A DNA stretch of 64,000 nucleotides, taken from positions 568,982 to 632,981 of the forward strand of contig JAQGDQ010000099.1 in assembly GCA_030141605.1 (NCBI GenBank). Direction: 5' to 3'. This document shows, in pieces, positions 13,601-25,600 of this stretch; the first letter of the stretch is position 1, and every line of letters begins with the position of its first letter. Below the pieces are notes generated by a model. It was given only the letters and a program-made list of their open reading frames with translations, made no database searches and had not been told where the DNA came from. Position numbers and translations under genes: made by a program. This DNA is from Tubiluchus corallicola (lineage: Eukaryota > Animalia > Priapulida).

Positions 13601-16600
13601 TCATTTACGCTGTTGAAAAGCGCATTTACGTTACTAATTTACCTTGCTGAAAAGTACATTTACGTTATCCAGATGCTTTAAATACGATTCTTTGACATTT
13701 CTGTTAAAGTGAGAAGCAACATACCTTCAGTTCTAATCAAGCAATTCATGAAATTTCTGATATCTAAGTTTAAGTATTTGAGTTTTGGCTCTTTGTCTCA
13801 AATATTTGCATTTCTATGAATAACCTAGTACTTAGTGTAAGGCAAACAGTTTTTGTTACTTTGGAATTAGTTCTTCTTCGTTCATAATGAATCTGCCATT
13901 TTGGTTTATATTCTGTTTTAATTATGGTTTGAATTGTGTACTAAGGGATTATGGTGTGATATCGAGAAGCAGGTAAAATTTTCCTGCATAGTTTCTCAGA
14001 TAGTTCTGACTCCAAAAAACATGGAAAGTGTAATCTTAACAATAAACGTTAGTCGGTCTTTCATTAAGCTCTGTAGACATTTAAATTGCAGTTTTAAACA
14101 AGTGGCTGGCCTAATAATTATTATTGTCATTACCATCATCATCGATATGATCATTATTATTACTATCATCGCGATCATTATTGTCGTTATCATCATCACT
14201 ATCACGAACACGATCATCATCATCACACAGCAGCAGCAGCCGAAGTAGCACCTCATACACCATTTAACAGTTACCATCATCGTTTGCCATCATTGTAAGT
14301 AGCAGCAACATCATCGCCACGAAAACTATTGTTGTTATTTGAGTGCGACATTTTTGTTAGTATTTATGGTTATCAATGTCATCATTACTGTTTTTGTTGC
14401 AGCTACCAGATTTTGAAGAGCACAATTTAGAGACGCTTGCAGCGGTTGATTCGATTGCAGACGACATGTTCAGCGACATTGGACTGAACTCTTCGCTAGA
14501 TGTCACTTCTGTAAAAAGTGAGCCTGTGTCGCCGGTGTCGTTGAACTCGTGCGGAAATGAATCTGACAGCTCATCCAGTGATTCCAGTTTGCTGCCTCCA
14601 GAAGTGAGTTTGTGCTTTAAATATTTTAATGTCACACTATCACAGGAAAAAGTTGCCTTTAGCTAAAAGTGTGTAATCCATAAAGCAAGGTGCATAGCCT
14701 AGTGGTCACGGCAGTGTGCTTGCTAACTAAAGTTAAAAATAGGACTAAGGCTAGTCATGGAGTGGATGGATAAACCATTTTGATTTTCGCTCTGGGCGGT
14801 TTCATTTGTTGTGCTGGCTGTTTACCTAGTAGACAGGGTGGATGTATTCACATCCGAACATGGCTGAGATACCTCTGTTGGTTCAGTGGCTCATCTAAGT
14901 GGAATATAGCCTTGATAAGATCTATCGTTGATTGGTGGCTTCTGTAATGCAGTTTTTCAAACTGTATAAAAAATTGTTCTTAGTGTTTGGTGTTGTAATT
15001 AGTGTTGGTATTTGATCTTGTTTCAATGACGAATCATCAACACGACGACGATTGACTAATGGTTGGTCGTAATATTTAATAGAGTCGCGCCAGCATGAAA
15101 TTAGGATGTTGAGCTTTTGACTGCTGTTTTTCCTTTTATGTTGTTTTACCTCTAATTGATGCTGTAGGTCGTTTGTCTCATTGCATTTAAATGGCAGAAA
15201 CTAGTGGTGAAGTGTGCAAAATCTTACATTCAATTAGTTTTTTACCTTCGATGATCAAGGCAAACCTTTTTGCTTTTTGTCCAAGGTTGCTACTTAATTC
15301 TTCACTTAACGTTGTGGACCCGGTTAAACACTAACTGTTAATACTATGCCATTATGGTGTTTAGTCAGCTGGAAGTATTTATTTCTTTGCTTAAAGAGTT
15401 CGATCAGGCTCAAGTGAATCATGATACATTTCAGGATGGTTCATCCAATTTTGATCCAGTTGTGAGTTATAGTGCGAAGCATCAGTGGCACACCATACCC
15501 TAGTATTTTATGAAGTCCAGTCATTGACAATCCTGAACATGAATCTATTCCAGCTTCTGCACCTGGGTGTAATAACTTTATATCCAGTACCTCGTAAATT
15601 ATTAGAAAAATAACGACCAGGCTGTAGTTTAGTCAGATTGTTTCTTACTCTTCGCTGTCTCTGCAATCTTACTTTTATTGTCGATCTTGTTAATTTTTGA
15701 ATGATCCCTAAGTTGAATGTCATAATCGACTGAATTTCGATAAAATCAATCAGAAAAGCACTAGTTGTAATAGTTCCATGTCACTGGTTTACAGAACATG
15801 TTATGGCATTTTGTTTTATTTTCAGACAAAGCGGTTAAAAATAAGTACTGCTTCACCATCACCAATAATATCAGCCACAACAAAGACGTCAACAACAGCT
15901 GCCTCCGCACTGCCTCCATGTCAACCTGTTCCGTTGTCATCGTGCTCGACATCCTCACTTGTAAGTACGACATGATTGCAACCTGTAGAGCTTATTGCTG
16001 TTTATAAATTGAACATTGGTGTTGTGGCTTTGAGTAGTATTGATAACTAATTCCATTTTTACAACTTCGAATTATTCAGCTGAAAGTTTGTTCTAGTTTA
16101 GTTTTGCTTTAAAAAAGTAGTTTTTCGTGCATTTTCAAGTTCCAAACTTTACTCTTTACAACATTATATTGATAAAATGTTACTAACCCTGTTGGCTGAA
16201 TAATTTGTAAATATGTATTTGTAATGTATGCTTATAAATAGTTATTTCCTGTTGTTTGTTTTGTTACTAACTTTGATTGTATGTTGTAAGATATGTGAAT
16301 AAACATAATATATGTATATCATTATTGATCTTTAATTAAAGAGGTGTTAGTTGATCAGTTACAGCACTGCACATTTTTCTTGTTTTTCATACACTTCATA
16401 CAATTGAAAATTCCGTGTTTTCACGCGCTGTATTTTCTTATAACAACATTATAATTAATTTTTAGGTAATGAGGTGCTAATTAATTAACTATTGGAATGC
16501 ACTAAAAATCTACAGCAGGATAAATACTATATCTATAATATTAGTGATATGATTATATATTAAATATGTTACATAAAAAACAACTATAAATAATAATACT

Positions 16601-19600
16601 GCAGCTATGCATATTTAATTTTGATGAAAAACATGGCATTAAATTTAAAATTTTGATAGTGATATAGGGGTGGCTGCTTAGGTGACCTCTGGTCTTTTGC
16701 CACCCCATCTCTAGTTTCATTTACTATTCAATGTTTTTGTAATGTAAAGGGATAAATAAATTGATTGAATTGAATTGAATCATTTCCGGATATTTTATTC
16801 TTGCAGAAAGCTTCTCATTCAACAACAATGAACGTTTCAACAACCCCAGCTGCACAAGTGCCTATCATCAGGCACAAAAATGGTGTAACAAAAGTGATCA
16901 CTCTGCATCCTAAGCCGGAGCCTGTAAAACCTAATCCAGTGGCACCTGTCAACGGCATAGTCAAGATCGAAGGTACTGTTGCTACTGCCTGTGATTCTGA
17001 GTGGCCTGTGTCAGTTATGCAAAGCCGTGATAGTTCTGATGCTCTATTATGATTCCAACTTAACTACAGTTTTTGCTCTGCTATTATTACTTTTATACTT
17101 GCCAGATTTATTTTATTATTAACTGAAAATATATATAATTATACACGTTAAATAGATAATTTATTTTGCCATAGAACTAATTGTACTTTGCGCTGGTAAT
17201 TATAATCGCATGCAAGATACCTCTAGACGTAAGTACCGTATTTTCCCATGTATAAGAGACCCTTGTGTATAAGAGACCCCTTCAATTTTTAGGCAAAAAT
17301 TCTGGAAAAAAGTTTTTTGGTAATGAATAACTTTATCCATCATAGAAATCATTAAATTCCTCATCACTCTCATCAAAAATATCAACTGGAGTCAGACCTT
17401 CAGCAATTCCAGCCAGCTCATCATCAGAGGAGTCACTCTGCTCAAAAATGGCATTGTCCTCTGTGCCGTCCATGGCATTGGAGATGCCACACTTCTTGAA
17501 AGATTTAATAATGACCTCTGGCTTTACACCTTTCCATGCCTTGAGGACCCAGCTGCAGACTTCTCCAAGGGTTGGCTTACTCCCATGTATAAGAGACCCC
17601 CTATTTTTAAAGTGAAAATTCTGAGCAAAAAAGGGTCTCTTATACATGGGAAAATACGGTACATCTCCATGTATGCATGTAAGCAGGAAGGTTCTGGGTT
17701 CGATTCCTGGTTGGTCAACTGTTTTTTCACTGCCCGTTTATTCAGTTAATTAGCCATTAGGTTGATTGTTGTAAGCGTGATATCTTTCTTGATGTGTGGA
17801 CTTTTGTTAATTATAGAATGTGCACGTATCGAGAATGCCATACTTTTTACTCACCATGTGGGGGTCTGTCAGCATGACATTATTGACATATATGCATTGG
17901 GGATATGCCGAAACGAGATTTTATGGAAAGCGAAACAGTACTGAATTTTTCAAAACTTTTTTTTGTTGAACTGAATTTAAACCGAATTTCTGCAATTTTA
18001 TTTTTTCGAAACCAAATTGAGCTGAATTTCGCAAAATTTTATTTACTGAAACCGAACATTTGCCGAAGTTTACGGACACTTAACTTGTGAGATACCATTA
18101 TAATTTTTTTTATAAAATTACATTTCTAGTTTTTATCAAACTACTGAACAAATCTAGTCCCAAAAAATTGCTTGAGCTATTTCGTAAATTAACACTACGT
18201 GTTAACACTATAGTAATTTTTTTAATATTTTAGCTTAACCATTAATAGTCAAAATTTTTTGTATCAGGACTCAAGTACTTACACTAAATTCACCAAAAAC
18301 TAAGGTGTTGACAATGATTATTTATAATGATTGTAATATTTACACTTTCTTCTGTTAAATTAACAAGAAAACCACGTGTAGAAATGAACGATGTCAACAA
18401 ATCAACGGCTGCATGGGTCCAGGTGCAGCACCCCAAATGGTCATTTTACGAAATAGAACAAGCTACCAACCTACCATGCGCAAACCTTGTGTTGAAGAAT
18501 TGCCTCTTGGTTTTGCTAGGTCTGGTTGTACTGCTTTAATGGCAGAGATTGTCAGACAAATATGACAAATTATAAAAACAAATTTTTTACTTATTGGACT
18601 GAACTTATTTATTTAACTAAACTTTATTAAACAAAGCAAATAAAACCGAATTCTTGAAGAAAATTGCCAGTTTCTACCAACGAACAAAACAAACAGAAAA
18701 TTTGTTTCGGTTCGGCACTCGAAGTAAGGTTATTTCTGAATTTCTGTGTATCTGTAATATGCGTATGATTTGTGCTTTTTGATGGTACAAGTGTAGCTAA
18801 GAAACTACTTATTATTAGTTGAAATGAATTAACATACTGTTGACCTATCTGTCATTGTCGCTGAAGTAATTTAAATAAAACATGCAGGCATTTTAAAAAT
18901 TTTCTCTCTCTAGGAAGCTCACAAGGTCAACAGCAAATTATAATATCAGCAGATGAATTTACTAAGCTTGCTAACAATGGAGTACTGCGTCTGTGTCATC
19001 CGAATACTCCAACGTCAACGCCTTCGTCAAAACCAGTGGAAAATGTCATTTCTCAGTCACAGTCATTCGACAACTTAAGCTCATATCATGGCCAACAAAA
19101 TGAGGTATTGTGCAGTGAATTACGACAGTTTGTCATCGACTTTATTTCGTAAAGCTTTGACTGCATGATTTTTTAAGTATTTTTGTCGTAAATATATATA
19201 TATTTTTTTGATATTATTCATGTGTAAAGGGGTAGAAACGTGGAACTTTAAAGTATAGTATCTCCCAAAGAACTTTTCATACAAAGTTGTATTACTTAAC
19301 ATTACGCTTACCTGTTCGAAGGCATGTAGTTGGAAAAGAAAATTCTTAATATTTTAAAATATTTGCGCCACCTGATAAAACGGCACTTCATTGCCTTCCC
19401 AGTGTGCACCACTGATTCAACAAAAAATACATTATTGATTTTATTGACAATATAAAGTAACTTAATTTTTAGCCCACTCTTTGTGTCGTGGTACATTATT
19501 CCTAATATTAAGTCATATTTGATATGCAGATTATAAAAAGAACGTAACTTCAAAGTTTCCCACGTCATTGCAATGTATTAAAACATGATGGTGTATTGCA

Positions 19601-22600
19601 GAAACTGTTAAAAAGGCAGCTACGAATGATCAAGAATCGAGAGTCGGCATGTCTGTCACGCAAGAAGAAAAAAGAGGTAAATTATTCTTTCATCGAACAT
19701 ACCATAATTCTGACATGTCGTCCAGATAGTTGAGTCCTTTTCTTTGTTTAAACATCATTTATAGTTTTTGATCTCACATGCTGCATTGAACTCAGTTTGC
19801 CGTAAGTTTGTTGATACTGGAAGTTGGTTGGTGTTCTCGGACTTAGTTCTCTGTGGCATTGCATTGTCTGCTCACTGATGTATTACAAACTGTTAAAGTA
19901 AAACCGGACCCAAATCGTAAACTGTAGGTTAGAACAATCTACTCTTTAAAATATTGAAAGGAAACATGCTGTTTTTCCAAAAATGACTTACGTGAAAGAA
20001 TTATTACTTCACAAACACAATTTCACGTTTGCACCACTAGTTCTTTGCTGTTACATGCATTTTGCTATTCGCTAGTTAGATGGGCACTAGTGCCTGCATT
20101 TCGGAAATGCATTGCACAAAAAATGAGTGCTGTACCTGTCAGGTCAGATTTGTTAGTTTTTGACGAATTGCAGACGTGTCCACAGTGTTAAACTTGAAAT
20201 TTGAATTTTTATCTTAAAACTTGCCGAGTTTTAGGATAACACACTGAATCTCTTATAGTAGCACTGTACTTCAATTTTCGCTTTCGCAAGCAGCACACTC
20301 ATAGAATATTTTTGTTGTTGAAAATTATGTTAGTTTGTGATGTCATCAATAGTTGGGTTCGCCTGCCTTTAATTAAGTTTTTAATCTTTAATTTAATTAT
20401 CAGAAATGCTTTTGCAGTATTAATAGTGTTAAAGCATATACTTTTTATTGGACTTGAAAATGGGGTAGTATATGAAAAATCATCCTTTCTTCCTTTAAGA
20501 AGGCAGCAACGAATGATCAACTGTCTAGTTGTACTATGTTTTTGTCCAAAAATGTAAAGCTGTTACAAAAATTAGAGACTGTCTTATTTGAATATAGATA
20601 CAAAAGTATGTGTTCCACATTTCCACTATTTTACAGTGGCACATACAGATCTATTTTACATTATCAAGCTACAATACTTGAATGAGGCTCTGCATTTCTT
20701 CTGAAATTTCTCATTTATTTTAAAACAGACTTGCACTTTTTTGTAAATTATTTATTTATTTTTTCTTGTTTATTTGTTTTTTAATTTTGAGAACTGGTTT
20801 CGACTAATGTTATTTGTCAAGGGCACATAATGCTTCATAACAGGGTTTCTTCCTTTGATATAAGGTGATAAAAATTAACTCTGTTGTAATCCTTTTGTAT
20901 AATGCGGTACAAAAAGAGCAGCTAAAAGTCAGTTTTGGCTTAAATATCGTGTATAATAAGTTGTTTTTAATATAGATTGCTTGTTTTTGGTTGTTTTTGC
21001 TATTACGTACTTATAACTTGTGATTTGTTGCAGTATTTAAACACATTGGAGGACAGAGTCAAGGCTTGTATGGAAGAAAATGAGACGTTAAAGCAGGAAA
21101 ATGAACAATTAAAGCAGACCATAGGAGCCTTAAGATCTGAGGTTTGTTTCCTTTGATATCAAAAGTGAAAAGATTTTTTCATAAATATTATTTGTTTAAA
21201 AGCCTAAATTCATTTTCATTCAATTTTAGAGGAAGACTGAATGATTGATTAGACTCAATCTCATTTTAATTTACTGACCAAAACATACATTTTCTTATAT
21301 TTGAATAAATAGCTTAGAAAGTTAATTAACTGCAACTGTACACAGCTATTGCTTACGTCAGAAACTAACTACAGTTTGTGCAATGGCAGGCGTCTTCCCT
21401 TGCGCGTCAAGCACATTTGCTTAGGTGTTACAGTACTGCTTTAACGCATGATGTCACGAAAAATGGGCATTACATCATATGACGTCATTAAACTAACACA
21501 ACAGTTCATGATCATGGTTATCACGGTACGCCTTCTGTCTGTTTGCCACGCGCACATGACAAAAAGGCACTGCTGCCAATCTTAGTAGATTCACTGAGCC
21601 GCGCGTAGCTTTGAAAGTTTATCGAAATTCGCGTATCTTAGGTAATTGTTATTTCATCTAAGCTTTGATTTAAAATAAGCTGTTGTAGTTCTCAATATTT
21701 TAGAGCATTCTTTATTCTGAACTTGTGTTTACACAATCATCCGGTATTCCTTTAAATGGTAGCTGTAAGTTTCAGCTATTAAATCGAATGTCTTATTTCT
21801 TAGTTTTATTAATATAGCTGTGCTAATTAATACAAAAAATGTTATGAATTAGTACATAAAATATTTTCCTGAAACTGATAGGAAATGTGGTGTTCATACA
21901 TATTTGAGGCCTGCGGTATCTATATTTTTTGAAACAAAATCTATATTTTTTTATAGTTGAATGCATATTTTAAGACGAAGGTAAAAACATACACTTTTTG
22001 GACACATCTAAATAAATAGCTTTAAGCAAGTTATTTTGTGAATAGTGTGCAATAAAATAATTATTTTACATAAAGGAGCTTGTTTTGAATACAATCTTAC
22101 TTTTGAGTGAATTTGCATTTTTGGATATAGTAATGCTGTGACTTTAATAATAATGCTTAGTGGCAGATGAACGACTATAGACACTTTTGTTTCTAGAATC
22201 AAATGTTGAGGAGGCACTCACCACTGAGTTTGAAGAAGAAAACAACGTGTCTTCTAGCTGCTGTATTTATGTTTGCGCTAAGTCTGGGCCCACTTTCGTA
22301 AGTAACTTTATAACATCAGTTCTTAACATTGCACTTAAGCTGACACTGAATTTTTCATTTACCGCATTTACTCGTTTTAGTGCCCGTGTTTAATTAAAGG
22401 CCCATCTGAATAAGCTTCCTTTTGAATAAGTGAAAAAGAATAATTGCCTGTGTTTAAATAGGGCACTAGTTACATGATGTTGGCTTTACCTGCTACACTA
22501 GTTTATGCGCATTATTTTAACAGCGAGTGGGTCATCAACTGTCATTGGTGAAATGTATAAACTGCTGTATGCTGCATGGCTCCAGTGTGATTCCAGGCAC

Positions 22601-25600
22601 TCTGTGTGAACAAACTACGCAGTGCCTGATTTATCCGTCGCGTACTGCTAGGCATATCTGACATAAGAAGTAAAGGAGTTAAAAGTGATAAGTATGCATG
22701 CTTAAATAACCGTCTGTTTCAATAAGGATCCTGGTGATTAGGTTGGTTGAGAAAGTAAGTGCCAGGGCCCTAAACGGTAGATGTGAAGAGTCTCTGGTTG
22801 TTTATCATAGAGTAACTTATGTAAAAATAGCTATCTCTTAAATAGTATGCTTAAAGGATTATTTTGTGTTAACAGCTATTCGCCCTTGCACTTGACTTTG
22901 ATGAGATCACAGTTAGTGTCTAAACGGTTTTAGAGTGTAAATTGCTTCTTTTTTCATGGTATAAGATAGCTATGATAGCTTAAGGCACATGCTAGGGGTT
23001 GCATCATCATACTGTTAGCTTTTAGAAAATGTAAACTGATCTTATTAATGAAATATAATTTAAATTGAAAGTTTGCTTGAAAATCAATAGGCAACACTAA
23101 CCTCCTTTGAGGCTTTTGTTGCCAACGACAAATTGTACATTACAACCACGAGACTTTTATTATTATCCCATTCTGATCCTTATTATGATGCAAAGCAGCA
23201 GTAGGCATCATTTTTAAAATTTCTTGCACAACCATGCCTCAGTTTTGAACCCATAACCTTTCAAACTAAAATATTTTTGCACATTATATTTTGCACTTTA
23301 CCGTCTTATGACTAAAAACTATAATGATTTTTTCCAGGAGTATAGTATTCAGCACAAATGAAAAACTGGATCCAGTCATAGTTCATAAAGGACGAACGTT
23401 AATGTCAGTGTCGCCCGACTTCAGTTTAAATTCTGGTGATATTAATTATGCAGACCGTAATATCAGCGATTTAATGGTGCTCTACATGAGTGCAGAGAAC
23501 TGTCCTACCTATTTTAATAAAACAGAAACACTCAGGTAAGTAGCTTACCTATAAACGTTACCATATTTAACATTCTTCATTTCCGTTGTTTTCTTTTCTT
23601 TTTTTTATGTTTATTTTACACAAGACAAGAGAAGTTTTGTGGTTTTGAAACAGGAGCTTTTCCTTTTCTGTTCCAGTACTGGGGTTTAATGTTTATCTGT
23701 TTCATTGCCTTTTGCTAACACGCACCTGCTTTGAGACCTTGTTGCCTACCGCAAATAATAAATGTGTGCTTGGATAGCAAAATCGTCCGTAAGTCGGCAA
23801 CTAAGCTTTTCTAGTTATTCACATAACCTGAATCTCCGTTTCATAAGGATCATTTTGATACCAAGCTCATTGCTCCATGTTATTTCTACCATTTCATAAG
23901 GATCATCTTGATACCAAGCTCATTGTTCCATGTTAATTCTACCATTTCATAAGGATCATCTTGATACCAAGCTCATTGCTCCATGTTATTTCTAAGCTGA
24001 GATAATCCACGTTGAGGTTGTGGTGCACGCTACGCACTGAAAAACATATTTTTGAGAAAAACGCTGTTAAAGTCAGCCATTGTTTTTGTCGCGTCTCTAC
24101 AAAACACTTTCCACACATTTTTAGACAATTTGATGCTAGAATATTACAGTCTACTATATTTAGTGTTTGTTTTCATAAAAAAAACATTTGACCAAATTTT
24201 TGGCGTATTCTACTTGTGGACGGTTTTGGTTTACAGTCACACAAATTACAACTACTTGATTGATATTATTATCCCATTTTAACGAGATGTAGCTGTACCG
24301 TGCACTTTGAAATATGTATGTTTGAGGCCGTCCTGCTAAACGAACATTTAACCTTGCTTGTTTATAACAGAATGAACAATGAGCTATCTGGCTGGATTCA
24401 GCGTCATGAAGCCGAGCAGAAGCAGAAACAGAAAGAAGCCAAAACTAAGAAGCGAAATTTGAAAATTAAGTCAAGGCTGCACCGAGCGATGGAGTTTAAA
24501 CAACACAAACAGTTTGAGAGGTAATTGTGTGAGTCACTTCTAATAACTTAAAACTTTTGTTTTGATCCCTAATAAGTAATAACCTAATAATCTTAGTAGC
24601 CTTAAAGGTCCTATGACACTATTTTTTATGTTATTTTCTTTTGAAGCATAGGCTGAATTACATATTTCCTAACTTTTCAAACAGTTTTGATGCATGCTTT
24701 TATGTGATATGGTAACTTAAATTAGGCACCATTGGTACTGTCAACAATATTAACAGCCTCAGTACAGTAGACAGCCAGTGGCCTCAGCAAGCAGAGCACT
24801 GTGAACACTGAACAAAACGGTTATTGCTGAGTAATGATTTTTCTGTTAAAAAGTTTCTTACTATATTATTTATCGACTTGCAAGGAACAGCAAATTTATA
24901 GTAACAAACACAGTATACAGAGCACAGTATACAGAGATATTACTATACCATTATTTAAACTGTGTGTGGGCTGTATGAACAATAGGTGTGTTGAGTACTC
25001 CCGCGAATTAGATCAAGCTGCAAGTAAGCTGCTAGCCACTATTTCGGGTTAGATGCACAGTAAGTAAGGTAATAATTAACCTTTTTAACTAAATTTCATA
25101 AAAAACTATGTTTAGTCAAGGTTAGCAGTAAGACATGTCAACCCTATCAGTTTAACGGAAACTCCCGATTTTAACAGCAACCTCCCTTTCTTAACATTTT
25201 GAAATATTTCTCCTGATTTTTTACACGTTACTTCAACATAAAAATGGCACACAATGCGACCGCAGTGAGAATAGGGCATCCTTTCCTTTTGCCACAAAAA
25301 GAAACGCCCATCTATCCTGCTGGGCAAGGTGAAAAATGAAGCTTGGGCAGTTACACGTAGAATAAAGGTGCTCGACTGCATCAAACTTATATGCACGTTT
25401 ATCAGCAGTCAAACTGTAAACTATGAGAATATTTTTTACTTAAATATTTAAAGTTTTTTTCTCTGAAACTTCATTTGCACATTCGAAAAAATACCACAAA
25501 GGTTTTCCCAAGTGTCTAAAAATGTAGGGACCACTATTTTAATGAATTAAAAAATGTTGTCTGAAAGGCATTTCTTCTTAGTTTTCCGTTTTCTTTTACA

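Noticed and set aside
13934-14280. Hydrophobic Ile/Met-rich ORFs (similarly 8434-8752 and 48990-49369)
   Set aside because: These are translations of microsatellites.
15465-15595. Coding-looking frame with an in-frame TGA (possible selenocysteine or readthrough) in ATF6 intron 3
   Set aside because: No compatible splice phases, no SECIS seen, and the ATF6 model is complete without it.
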